Of a stretch of DNA of 64,000 bases, positions 1 to 14,201 are shown one piece after another (positions within the stretch are counted from its first letter, which is position 1; every line of letters begins with the position of its first letter). Position numbers and translations under genes: made by a program. The DNA comes from Chrysomallon squamiferum (lineage: Eukaryota; Animalia; Mollusca). The stretch lies in contig CM022673.1 of assembly GCA_012295275.1 (NCBI GenBank), forward strand, positions 4,774,001 through 4,838,000, given 5' to 3'. The notes under the pieces were generated by a model. That model was not told the DNA's origin, ran no database searches, and was given only the letters and a program-made list of their open reading frames with translations.

Positions 1-755
1 TTTATGTACTAGACTGCTGTGGTGTCATCAAACATTAACTCACCCTTGCAATAATTTTAAAATTAAAAAAACAACAGTCTATGTGACAAAAATGTATAAA
101 ACAGCATGCATGAAAACTGAAAGGGTTTTTAGAACCTTTATTTCAATATATTCTTGGAAATAAAAACAACAACATTAAAACCAAACCAAAAAACCCCTCA
201 AAACAACAACAAAACATTCTTTCCCAAAAGGAACAGTGTTTTGCAGTTGGCAGTAGTATTAACTGTTATGCTGATGAGGTATCAGCTCTACAAGTTGGTC
301 GTCATAAAGACCACTTAGCACATCAATGATATGATGTATCTGTGACAATAACACACGAAGAAAGAATTCATGATCTGAAGGTTTCACTCAGCTCTCAGCA
401 AAGAGAAACATCCCCTAGGGAAACTGTCCTGTAATAAGCAATGTGTGACAATCTGGTTTCTTGCTGATTGTCCAAATGTGAACAATCAGTGAATGATCTG
501 TGATTCTGTTTTGTGTGTAGAAGAGAAATTCGGTTTTAAAGTAAAGAATATCTTAACTTAGATGCGACTGGCATCACTTCATGTTCTGTCAGAGTGGTGA
601 AATGAAATCAGTGTCTTTATCATCTTCAATAATCTATAATAGCCAATATTTCAGACTTTATTGTGTTTACTTGTTGTTGTTTTTTTGGAGTGGGGAAAAA
701 GAGCTAAATTTTTAGAAACAAATTCAACAGCTTTCGGTTTAAATATGACTGTTTT

Positions 756-899
<144 letters not shown>

Positions 900-2090
900 A
901 TAATATATATTTGTGGTCAAGCCAGAAATAAATATTACTTAAATAAAATACACATTACTAATAATTCATTATGTCTGTTTCATTATTAGCCTTGTTTATC
1001 AGCTGACAATGTTTACTGGAATACAGCTATTCACAAGGATGGACTATATGCCTTGTAAATGTGAGTGCTGCTAACACCTGGCTTGAAACATTTCACTGTC
1101 AAGATGGACAGTCCAAGCTGATGACAAAACTTTTAGAAATACATGACTCACAGGCTTTGTACTGATCTGATGGAATACTGAAGCAATGAAAACATTATAT
1201 GATATACCAGAGATTGTGTTATAACTGGAAGTATTGTGGCCACTGGAATAGTGACTACAGACAGAGAAGTCAGAATTTACTGAAACCATTTAAAGAGATG
1301 GAACCGTTGCATTCTGAGACTGGTAAAACACCACAGCACTTATCTGACCTGTGACAGCAAGACCAATACATATGAAGATTACTGGTGACAGTCTGATATT
1401 TCAAACAAACAAAGACAATTACTATGTGGCCTTGGTTTAGATGTAAACAGATCTTTTACTTTCATCATCTCTTTGTTTTTTTTTGTTTTTTTAAAGGCTT
1501 CTCTGAGATTTCAGCATTACACACAGTAATATCAGAGATATATAAACATCTTTTGTCTGTGTTTTCAAAGGTAAATGCTTTTCTTTCACTTTCAGGATGG
1601 TAACATGCGTGACTCACCCACACCAACCCACCCACACTCATACTCACTCACTCACTGACTTTAATACATACATGCACACAATACTCATACACATGTGAAT
1701 GGCAACATAATACAAAGTCTTTCAAGAACAGTTCCTATTTATGTGTACAAGATCTATTCATGGAGACATTAGTACTGAAAAGCAGAATGTGGCATTGTTA
1801 AGTATTTAACACGAAGAAGCCACAGTCGCAGTTGTCTGATTACACATTAAGATGATGATAATAGGTCCATGAAGCTTGGTTTTGAATACATATTGCAGAT
1901 TATTCATTTGTGAAGATAACAGACACACACACAGAAACAGAGACAAACTCATATTTAAGAAAATATAGAGATATAATCTGCACATGCAGATACAGAATTA
2001 CACTGCATGTGGATATGGATTCTTATTATTTTTTGTTTGAATCTTTCAACCTTTCTTTCCCCATCTCTCTATCTTTCTCTTGAGTATGTG

Positions 2091-2131
<41 letters not shown>

Positions 2132-2370
2132 ATCTTCTTTCTTTGTATGTCTTTCTCTTGCTCTTATATACAATGTCAAATATAAATATATTTATGTATG
2201 TGTGCATGTATAAACTTATGTGTGTGTGTGTGTGTAAATGTATGTATGCTTATTTATGTTTATACGAAAAAATCTGGAAGCTGAATTATGACTTGGCTTC
2301 ATGAAAAACAGATTTTATTTCTTTATTTTAAATTAAAATAACATTTGAAATAGTTTACACTGAAACTCAC

Positions 2371-2462
2371 CAGTGTGTACATTGTCTTCTATCTCTTTCT
2401 GAAGTTCTTGAACACTGGTTAGTTTGACTTCGTTCTTCTGCTGAAGTTTTCCAAGAGAAGGG
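2371..2462 (-). CDS. MLH1: MLH1 exon (human exon 13 equivalent, start of C-terminal domain)
   Basis: tttcag|CCCTTC...CACACTG|gtgagt; 92 nt; (S)PSLGKLQQKNEVKLTSVQELQKEIEDNVHT, compare human [20 protein letters not shown]; phase-1 end. Confidence 0.9.
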
Positions 2463-2602
2463 CTGAAAATAAAAATAAAATAAAATAATAATCAGACAAA
2501 AAAAAAAAAAAAAAAAAAAAATATATAAAAAAACAAGGAAATAAAAAATAATTTTGAAAAAGAATATATCATCTCTTTACATATATATTTTGTAAAATGC
2601 AT

Positions 2603-2637
<35 letters not shown>

Positions 2638-3900
2638 AAATAAACAGTAGCATTTTCTTTTCTTTTACAGAATAAGCACAAAGTACCAATACACCAAGAC
2701 AACCAATTTTATGTGGTGATGCCCCAAGCTATAGGAAGCTGTAAAAACTCTACATGCAAACAGGACAAAGTAACAGCTGAGACCTCTTTAAAGGCACCAG
2801 CCCAGCAGGTGAACAGGCTTATTTTCAGAAGTGGAGCTACTTTTGTTGAATTACAAAAGTAATCTGTTGGTAAAAAAATAAAAGGCATAAAGTATACAGA
2901 TAATCAAAATATATTATTATTATTATTTTACTTACTTTAAAAAAAATAAAAAAAAAAAAAAAAAAAATTGGGTACCAAATCAACTTCCCCAACAACTAAC
3001 CTCAATCCATAACTGTAACCTGTACAATATAATACAATGTTATTATTTTTCATTCAGCTTTTAGGAAAGCATTACATTATTATTAATATTAGTAGTAGCA
3101 GCAGTACTACTAGTAGTAGAAGTAGTATTTTTGTTAACTGAACAATGTATAACACTGTCTTTATTTTCATTCACTTTTAAGCAAATTTTCATTTAGCCTT
3201 TAGCAATGTATAACACAGTTACTATTTCTTTCTTTCCTTGTTTTTTTTTTTTTTTTTTTTTTTCCCCAAATTAAATTTAAAACTTGATGTAAAAAGACTG
3301 AATAGGGTCTTATGCAAGGACAGGGGTTTAATTCTTTAGATATCTTGTAAACAGAGATGGATACACCTATTCAGTTTCAACCACAACAAACAACAACAAA
3401 CATAACAGTCGTAACAGTATTAACAAAAACCTAAGCTCCATCTCACTTACAGAACAATCTGGAAACAAAGAAAAACTCCAAAAATGAAATAATAATAATA
3501 AATAAAAAATAAAAATATAAAAAATAAAATAAAATAAAATAAAACAAAGTAAATTAAAAAAATAAATAAATAAAAATAATAAAAAAAAAAAATTAAATAA
3601 AAACCAGCACTGATTTAATTACTTGAGTGGACATGTAAACAGTTATGTGTTGAGAAGCAGATGGTGTACAAACTGAGTTTAATGTTGTGGAAGATGTCTA
3701 AATCAAAATTACTTTCTGCTGGCTGCCTTCCCCTAGTGTCCTGTCACTGTGCTCACTTTACAGCTGTGAGCAGTAAAACAGCTCCACTGAAACAACCCTT
3801 CTCATCTCTCCAGTCACTCTCACTGCTTTTCATCACTTATGATGAAAAAAATACTGCTGCAGACTTTCACTGTGTTTATAACCTGTCTGTCTGTCTGCGT

Positions 3901-3938
<38 letters not shown>

Positions 3939-4686
3939 ATGCAGCACATGTTTTGTTTATGCATTTATTATTATTATATTATTATTATTATTTTTGCATT
4001 TATTTATTTTTAATTTTATTTATTATTATTATTATAATTTATTTATTTATATTTTTTTTGACAATTCTGATGTAAATCACATTCTGTTGACTGTTATATA
4101 TACAGTATGTGATTGTGTGTGTGATTGCATAAATGTGCTTGAATATGTGTTTGTGTATGTTTGTATTATATGCATAATATATATCAGAGGTCTCGCTACG
4201 TCACTTATGGCTTATGATGAGTTCGCCCACCATTCGTCAGCAACGGCAGCAACATCTGCCACCTGTTTATTTTGATGCCTGTCATGCAACTGTTTCGCAC
4301 TTTTAGTGTCAGCAGTTCACATGTCTTGTCCCTAAACAAAACAGATGCAATCCAAGGCGACGACTGTCATATTTACAAATTACCCTTTCTGACATTTCAA
4401 AGGGATGCAATTTGATTCCTCTGAAATCTGATGGTACTCACAGTGCCTGTGTAAACAGACGCTGCATGACTAAATTACTGCGCATGAAGTTCAATGATCA
4501 CTACAATTTTTTTAATTATAAAGATACGTAAATAACTTCTCAAAATATTATCTTCATCTTTCAAAAACAGATATACGCTTGATTTACACAATATAAAAAT
4601 AATTATTATTAACAGGGCTTCACCAACTCAATGTCATTCTCATAAATATTCATTATCACACTGGCTGGCGATCTTTCAGATCAATA

Positions 4687-4726
<40 letters not shown>

Positions 4727-5025
4727 ATATATACAGAAGGTTACAAAACAAATATATATATATATATTATTTTGTAAAGAAAAAATATTCACAGAACAAC
4801 CAGACAAAAATCGCTGGCAAGACACTTTGATTTTATTTAATTGCTAGTAACATTAACTTGCTAATAGTAAATGCATTTGATGCAACTATTTATAGGAGTA
4901 TTTTTGACAAACAAGTAATTTTTACATTGTTCAAAGTACTTGTACCCTGAACATTTTCTGTATCATTGCTTAGTTTAACTTGAACCAATTACACCAATTC
5001 CTTCCATCCCTTTCACAAATGCTGG

Positions 5026-5062
<37 letters not shown>

Positions 5063-5509
5063 GATAGATAGATAGATAGATATGCTTGACAGGAAAAGCC
5101 TTTTTTTCTTCTTTCTTTTTTTTCTAGCGTTGTAAACATCAACATATACAGACACCTTTGACTGTTGTTACTGTGTTTCAATCATGTAATTCAACTAGCA
5201 ATAAGGAATTTCACTAGGACAACTGGTGGTTGTAATTACACTTGCTATTGGCTACTGCCTGATGTTTGTTATTTTTTTAACGGCCTTTGTTTAATCAGGA
5301 AATGACAGCAGCAGGACACCATGCAATATTCCTTGTCTCCTCATTTGTCTGGGATTGCAGAGTTCTGGGGAAAATGTGTTAGAATCAGAGGAGGGAAGCT
5401 TTATTCACTGATTGAACGTTACAGTATTCAGAAAGACATGGGCCAGGATATTTTTACTTTTCTGTTTATTTAAATTTTGTGATTTTTGTGATTTTTTTTA
5501 ATTTTAATA

Positions 5510-5600
5510 CAGGTTCATGATCCCTTATCCAAAAATTCTGAAATCGCAAAATTTCAGAAATCTAATTTCTTTATTTTTGTTTTAACCAGCAGAAATATTG
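5510..5600 (+). mobile_element. Possible pogo/Tigger-type transposon end fragment
   Basis: TA|CAGGTTCATGATCCCTTATCCAAAAATTCTGAAATCGCAAAATTTCAGAAATC resembles Tigger4/MER46-like termini from memory. No matching right end was found. Confidence 0.35.
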
Positions 5601-5866
5601 AGATCTTACCATTTTTGGACTATTTTACAGACACAATTTTTATTTATTTTATTCATAAAAAAGGTATTTAAAATGTTTTATATTAAGAAAATCCTGCAGA
5701 GAATACCATATCATCACCTGTTTGATTTCGACTCAGTGAATGATACCAAATAAATCTCTTATGTTAAAAACAACGTCCATCTTGTTCATCCGTAAATAAA
5801 GCATTTTCTTATTAATATATTCTTTATTATTAGCAGTAAGTGGAAACTTTGCTAATAAAAAGTTAC

Positions 5867-6023
5867 CTCTTTGTGTTGGTAACTAGATCGTTTTCGTCAA
5901 CGTCCATCAAAGTAGTTTCTTTATTGGTGGCTTTGCCAGCAGACTTCTGCAAGAACGTGTCCAGTTTCTGCTCTCGGCTGTCAGTTCTGACAAGATGGTG
6001 GTCATAGACTTTATCTCCAGAAC
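5867..6023 (-). CDS. MLH1: MLH1 exon (linker, second part of human exon 12 equivalent)
   Basis: gttcag|GTTCTGG...AAAGAG|gtaact; 157 nt; (G)[51 protein letters not shown], containing the conserved [21 protein letters not shown] linker motif. Confidence 0.94.
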
Positions 6024-6789
6024 CTGAACAAAAATAAAATAATAATAATAATAAAATAATAATTAGTAATAATAATAATAAAATAATAATAAATTAAATT
6101 AGTACATGTTTGAATATATGTTAGAAAATATTTTTAAAATCACTGTAACATTAGAACTAACAACAACAATAATGGTAACGATGATGATGATAATAATAAT
6201 AATAGTGGTACCAATAATAGTACTAGCAGTAGTGATAATAATAACCTACAAAAGCAAATAAAATGATATTAATATAAAATTTAAAAAAAAGGCAAATAAA
6301 AAATATAAAATACAACTAATAAATAATATAAAAGTACAACACCATCAAATTGGATAAATTATGATTATTTTATAGCTAATATTAATTTTGAAAAACAGAC
6401 AATACATACATACATACATACATACATTAAAGATGACAGTTTTCTTTGTCTTGTGGGAATTTGAAACACAGAAAACTAATGGTTATGCTTATCTGGGTAG
6501 GTTGTTTTGACTCTTTTTCTTTTTCTTATTATTGTTATTGCTGTTGCTGTTATTATTCTAATTATTATTATTGTTATTAATTATTATTACTGTTATTGTT
6601 ATTGTTCTTGTTGTTTATTATTGTTATTGTTACTATTATTATTGTTATTTTTTCATTGATTGTTCTAAAGTTCAGAATAATTAAGGTGTTACTTTGTTCT
6701 TATTCTTACTATTATTACTGTTATTGTTACTGCATTGATGATATTATTTAACTAATAAAGTTCAGAATAATTAAGGTGTTACTTTAGTG

Positions 6790-6837
<48 letters not shown>

Positions 6838-8537
6838 AACACACACACTGTACATTTCCAAACTTCTAGTATCTAAAAACACACTTATTTACCAGTTCTT
6901 CTATACACTGAATAGAATCAAAGTGGATTGTCATGTCTTACACAAACAAGCTTTTGCTTTGCTGTGTTTGGAGAAAGTAAAATTACCTCACACAGAAACC
7001 ACCAGTCTGGCAGTGTGATGGAATGAATACAAGCTAACACTGCTGACTGGTGTGTAGCGGTATTATTAAATAATAAAATTAGACACCACAGAGACAAACT
7101 TATTAAAATAGTTTTCTATATTTGGTGCAAGTTTTGGAATGGTGTCAGTGAAAATTCAATAATGACCAAGCTGTGAAAAGCCACTATCAAAAGCATCCTT
7201 TTTGTTATTTGTTAAAGATAAAATTAAGAAAATGTTTTTCTTCCAGTTGAGAGTAGTTGACCAGCTCTTAAACATGTTGACTGTGTAAGTTTTCACCACT
7301 ACCACTAATTTTCAACAGTAGTACTACTACTACCAGTATTATTACTATTACTATTATTCTACTATCTCAGCTACTACTACTTCTACTAATACTATTGGCA
7401 TCATTATTACCTCTACAACCATAACAATTACTAAACTACCACTATAACTACTATTATTACCATTCTTACTTCTACTACCATTATTACTACAGTTGTAACT
7501 ATTACTACTACTGCTGCTATTATTTTTAGTACAATAAAACAACAGCTGCTGCTGCTGATACTATTACAACAGTTGTAATTGTTATTTTCTAGTATCAATA
7601 CTGCTACACTCCCCTGGTCATTACAAGATCCAGCAAGATCCAACAGCCTATCATCAACTCAACAAAAACCATTTTTCTCTTTCAACCTACACTGATCTTT
7701 CTGCACTCCTCTTATTCCAAGACCAAAAAGCCAGAAGACATTGGAGATCAAGTTGAGGAGATTTTCGCCCGGTGTTTTCCCAAACACCTGACAAGTACAA
7801 TAACATCTCTCTCGACAATCACAACAACCGTGACAACTGTACAGACCCATGAGCCCTTCTCGAAGAAATGACAATAAAAAAACCATTTTAATGAGACACA
7901 CAATTAATTAATGGATGCATGTATTCTTTGTCCCTGTTCATCAGGTCATTTCTGATGTCAACTTTAACCCTTGTTTTCTGCAGTGATTTATGATGCAGAA
8001 GTCAGTGGCCGTAAAGGATCTGAAATCTGCTCAAGACTGAAAAAAGCTACTGGTCAGATGTTTTAGGTAAGTTGGTCATGGAAGAGGTGGGTGGTCAAGT
8101 GATTGTCCTGAAGGTGCTTGGATTATTTCCAGGTAGTGGCAGCAGGTACAGGTGATGGCTCAGAAGTAATCAAACCATAAGATGAATTATCTAACACTCC
8201 AACCATACTGGTATCTCATCCAGGTTCCATCTTGTAACCACAGTTACTCAGAATATAACAACATAATATATTGTGCCACTTTTTTAAAATTCTTTTTTAA
8301 TTTTTCTTTTTTTTCTTTTTCTTCTTAATTTAATTTAATTTTTTTATTTATTATTATTTTAATTTAAAAAAGGAAAAAAAAATGTCTGGTGTGCATCTGA
8401 TCCAGTACATTAGTTTTTCTATGTAACTGATCTAATCCATAACACTTTTTCTTTTTAGACATAATCTGCTCTATCAATTCAGATTCTGGAGGGAAAAAAG
8501 CAAAGAAAGATGCAAATGTTTCTGTGTCAAAATGACA

Positions 8538-8574
<37 letters not shown>

Positions 8575-10314
8575 TTTAATATATGTTTTAAATAAATAAA
8601 TATATTTTAAAAAGTAAATAAATAAACTAAATAAAAGTAAAAATAAAAAAATAACTGAGAAGTTTTAGTTTTATGCCAAAATGTAATTTAATTCTAATAC
8701 AAATATAGCTTTTTGAATGGAATTGGGGACATGAAATAAAAAAGAAGAATAAAGTAATTATTTTGTGTTAAATGACAATTGTCTGAAAAGTAAAATGTCA
8801 TTCTAGAGATAGAAATAAAGGAAGAATCAAATGCTTTTATAACAATATTAAAAACAGTAATAAAATTAAACTTTTACAGAGAAAAAAAAAAAAAAAAAAA
8901 AAAAAATAATATATATATATATATTATTTGTGGAATAACCACTGTAACAGAAATGCAGTAATTAAAGGCAGAAAGACAGAAAAAAAAATAATATGAAAAT
9001 AACTAAGCAAATGATAGGCTTTGGAAGGTGGAAAAAAAAAAGAAAAAAAAAAAGTGTATAAATGACTACTTTAAAACACTCACAATCACAAGCAATGATC
9101 ACTGAAAACTTCCAATGTTCATTCCTGCCCTTCCTCTTTTTTTTCTCTCACTCATATCAAAAACAAAGCAATAACTTTAGTAAGACATAAATACAAATAA
9201 GTCTTTAACATTTTCCATTTTGCATTGACGTCAACAACAAAAAAAAAAAAACGAACAAAAATACATTAGACAATAACTTAGTGTAGAAAAGTCACATTTC
9301 CTTTGATATATTTCATCTTATTATAGTCTTTGTGTGTGTTTTAATACCTTTAAAAATCAACTCAAGGAAAAATGACTCGATCTGAAGTTTCTATCTTTAA
9401 ACACATTTTTCAAATGTCAAAAAGATAAATTTTTAACACAATCTGAAACCATTAGAATGAAGAAAATTTAATTTGACAGACATGCTGCTTCAAGAAAGCA
9501 AGTCGAGATTAAATTAAGAAATCAAATGTGAGTTTTAAAAAAGATTCAGTCGTATAATGTAACTTGTTAAGAAAAACTTAATACAATTTAACCTCTGTTT
9601 CTTATAAGAGAAAGAAAGAAGAAGAAGAAAAAACACCAAGAAAAAAGAAAAGAAAAATGTTATTTTACAAGCCTCACAAACTGAAGTTTCTATATTAACA
9701 CCTACAACATTTTAACTGAAGTCCACCTCTAAACCAGCTAAAGAAATGTAAAGCACGGTAAAGGATTCTGTTGAGACACAAAAGTCTTGGTTTTTAAGTC
9801 CCTTTTTTTTTTCTCTTTGATATTTGCAGAATAGCAAACTGACAGCAATTAAACTGACACTAGAATCTATTTTGTGTGATACTGTTGTATGTACATGCAA
9901 GAAAAATAACACACACACAATCCACATCAAGCCAAGCATACTCACACACACACATAATGTCTTTCTCTTTCTCACACAAACACACACACAGAAACACAGA
10001 TGCACACACACTTCACATCTCACCACACATACTCATGCATGCTCTGTTACTAAAGAAATGCAGATCACTTAAATTTTATTTTACCCATGTAACAGATTCT
10101 GATGATATATTTGGAAATTAATATCTCAGCCTAAACCTATTAAACAAATTAAACTACTTTAACACTGTCTCCTAATTCCTGCAGCAGTAACAGTATTAGA
10201 CAGATTAAACTGGCAGAAGACTGATCTGGAAATAAACTTCAAGCTACAATCCATTCCATGTGATGTTGGAATATAAATGTGTGTTTCTTCTTGTCTTTTA
10301 ACAACTTTCTGTGA

Positions 10315-10562
10315 CCAGAATTTAGGCCACTAATTTGTCTAGCTGTAAATTTTTTTCGGTCCAGAATTTAGGCCACTAATTTGTATTGCTGTGTATTTTT
10401 TCTGTCCAGAATTTAGGCCACGAATTTGTATTGCTGTGTATTTTTACTGTCCAGAATTTAGGCCACTAATTTGTATTGCTGTGTATTTTTTCTGTGCAAA
10501 ATTCAGGACACTAATTTGTATCACTCTACTTCAGGTGACCAAAATTTAGGACATTAACTGTA
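10315..10562. repeat. 45-bp minisatellite (4 good and 2 degenerate units)
   Basis: Unit ccagaatttaggccactaatttgtattgctgtgtattttttctgt starts at 10315, 10361, 10406 and 10451; decayed copies at about 10496 and 10539. Confidence 0.92.
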
Positions 10563-13500
10563 TGCATGGATGTATGTGTGTTAGCAGGTATATGTAAACA
10601 CACAAAGACATCATTTTCATTTTTTTATATTTGTATTTCTAGACTTCATTTGGTGTTCAAGGTGGTCAAATATCTTCAGTGACAAAACAATGATTATCTC
10701 ACATCTAAAGGTCAGTATTTAACACAATTTTCCACTATAGCTGACATCGATTTGTTCACTAACACAGACCTGTTACTATCAAATCATATTAAATTAGCTT
10801 TATTAGTGTTTTCATATGACAAATATTTCATCACAAATTTATTAATGTTTAATGATGAGGAAATGGTGTCGGATAATAAACCCAGTATAATATGACAAAA
10901 ATGTATGATGACAAGAAACATGAAAAATATTTGAAACATAAATGGTGGACAATTAGAAATTTTATTTTTATTTATTTTCACTTTTAATATTAGTAATTTT
11001 TAAAGTAAATTATAGAAAATGATAATAAAATAAAATAAAATAAAAGGAAAATAAAATAATAAAATAAACTTCCAAGATTTCTTAAATAATTTTTTTTCTA
11101 GCATAGCATAATAAATAAACTCATATAAACTTTTATTTTTAAAATAAAAAAAATAAAAAAACAATCTTTTTAGCACACCATAATTAATAAATCAAAGATC
11201 AAACAAAAATTGCAAAATTTCATGAAATGAAATAAATCTTTCTTACAATGAAACCTGCAATATAAAAAAAAATAAAAATAAAAATAAAATAAAATAAAAT
11301 AAAATAAAATAAAATTAAAATAAAATTAAATAAAATTAAATTAAAATAAATAAAAATAAAAATTATAATGCTACAAAGAGTATCAAAAATTGGGTCATGA
11401 ACATTTTATATGTACTCTTTTTTTTTTTTTCAGTATTTTTTATTTTTTTTTTTTATCCATCTTCTCTTTCTAATTCCTATAGGCTCTTTAATTAAAAAGG
11501 AAAAATGTAAAATCAAATTTGGTTTGTGAAGACTGATCAGATGTGACATGAATTTGCAATGGTGGAATTCAGGATGATGTAGAAACCAACCGGACAAACA
11601 GTCTGTTCTGCTGATAAGCAGAAATCTTTTCTATGTGCTGCTGAAAATAAAGTCATTAACCAGAGAGTAATGTGCAACAGGCCACATATGCTTGTCATGT
11701 TCTGCTTTTGTAAAGAATTCAAGTTTCACTTATTTCTGAAGATAACAATTACTGATGTTTTGTTGGTTATTATCATCATCATCATCATTGGTTATTATTA
11801 TTATTATTATTAATATTGTTAGTTTCAATTTTTTAACAAAATTTCATCTTAAAATGTTTTATAAGTGGGTTTTTTAAAATATAAAAATTTCTAAAACTAC
11901 TACCACTACCGCCAGCATCTTTACCATTACAACAACTACTGCCACTACCATCACAGCTACCAACACTTTGTTTACTACTACAGCTTCCCTTAGCATAACA
12001 ACAGTAACTACCACCACCACCATCACCACAACTACTAAAACTACATCCTAAAAAGGAAAAGGAATATGACAAATTCAGAAACTGGTACTACCTCTGCAGC
12101 TTCTACTACAACATCTAATATATTTGTGTTACTGCTATTACTATTATTAATAATTATGTTTGTTTTAATACTGTACTATTACCAAGACTGTTATTATTAC
12201 TACTTCTTTTTCAATTTTTACTACATCTACTAATAAATCTGCTACATCTACTAATAAATCTGCTACCTTGCTGCTACTTTTACATATCTTATACTCCTAC
12301 TGTTACTAAGCCTACCTTTATTATTATTACAAATTCTGAACTGTTAATGAAACTACTGCTATGTGTTAATATACATGTAATAGTAATAACAGATCATTAA
12401 TAAATAATAATAATAATAATACATAACAACAAAAATAGTAATAGTAATAATAATAAACAATAACAATAATAAATGATAATAATAACATTAATAATAATAT
12501 AATAATAAACAATAATAAAAACAATAAATAATAATAATATTAACAACAACAACAACAACAACAATAGTAAAGAGCAGAAGAATATTTAACTCCATAAACG
12601 GCCCCTCAACCCCAATTCTTTTAGATCCTAGACAAGACTGTAAACTGTGACAAGAAAACTTGACAGTAATTAACATTCAAACTGACAGCAAATCCAACTT
12701 GTCAGTTTAACAGACAGTAAGGACACCAGCTTGACTTGGCCAGCACTTGACACAAATAATTAAAGAAAATGTACTCTCCTCGTTGTTAAATTAGGTTAAT
12801 TTCAAACAGACAGGTCAGATCTGAGTAGAATTAACCTCTTCTGAGTTATATGATGCAGCTAGTGCCCTATTTACACCCCATAGGACTTATACCATCAGTT
12901 TTGTCATTAGGTTATCACTTATGTCTATTTGGTCTGCCATTAGGTTCTCACCTCTGTAATTTGTATTCGCTCATAAGTGTATATCTGACCACAATGGGGT
13001 AAAAAAAAAATGAGAGAATAAATAAAATAAAAATCACAGTTCATTCCTTTCCTCTATATATGCTGCCTGGTGGACACAGAAAATACTTGGCAGTGTTTCA
13101 TATACATCAAAAAATACTGAAGTATATTTCAAGTTTTCCACGTCTGGTCAATCAGAATAGAAACTGGTCATTGTTAGAAGACTATTGGCTATGAACTTTT
13201 TGTTCTTGTTGTTGTAATAAGCTGAGTGATCGAAAAAAATTGGTATGCAGGTCCATATTCACCTGGAATCCTGTTTCCAGATGATCTAAACTCAGAATGA
13301 GTGACAGTTTAACAATAGAAAATAAACCAAAAATAATAATGATAAAAGAAAAATTTAAAAATAAGTAAGTCAAAAGGCTGATTCATAACATTTTAACCTA
13401 AATGCAACAAATACAAAATATCTATCATAAACATGCTTCAAAACACAGAATGATATCATGGGAACTTTTATATGTGTTGCAGGACTCTACAGGAATTCCA

Positions 13501-13885
13501 GAACATACTATTTTTTAATTCACAGATATTCATTAATCATAATATTTTACTTTGTTAATTTAAGGACATTTAATATATTTCTTCAGTGACTTAATTTCAG
13601 TGGTAAAATACAATTTAATTGTGTAATATATATATATATATATATATATATCACAAAAAAGTTGTCTGAAAAAATTGCCCACTGGCATCCATCAATCTTT
13701 CCACATAAAAAACCAAACAAACAAACAAAACAGACTGACATGTTTTGTTATGTGAATTTAAAGTAGTAATTTGCTTCAGCTTGAAGAGATGTCAGCAGAC
13801 TGGGGTTTGTATCAATAAACAGAATCAGCCACTAACATAATGTTTTGTAAAAAGTGAGCAAGTTTGTGTTCTCTTTTTTTAAACA

Positions 13886-13969
<84 letters not shown>
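13886..13969. repeat. Compound (GTCT)n(CT)n microsatellite
   Basis: Direct reading. Confidence 0.95.
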
Positions 13970-13970
<1 letters not shown>

Positions 13971-14155
13971 CACATACACTCACTAATTCTCTATGTCTCT
14001 GTGTATCTGTCTCAACTCTCACATACACACACATACATGCATTCTCTCTGATTAATTCACTCACTTTTCGTCCATCTATGTCTCTGTATATCTGTTTCTC
14101 ACCGTCACTCTCACTCACTCTCTTTCTGTGTTTGTCCATCTGTACATAGGTACAT

Positions 14156-14201
<46 letters not shown>

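Noticed and set aside
3661-4275. 204-aa plus-strand ORF
   Set aside because: It runs through (GT)n and (TTA)n tracts; its hydrophobicity reflects T-richness and there is no domain.
10315-10562. Regularly spaced repeats resembling a CRISPR array (also 33783-33940 and 41248-41548)
   Set aside because: The units are tandem copies without unique spacers, there are no cas genes, and the context is a eukaryotic intron.
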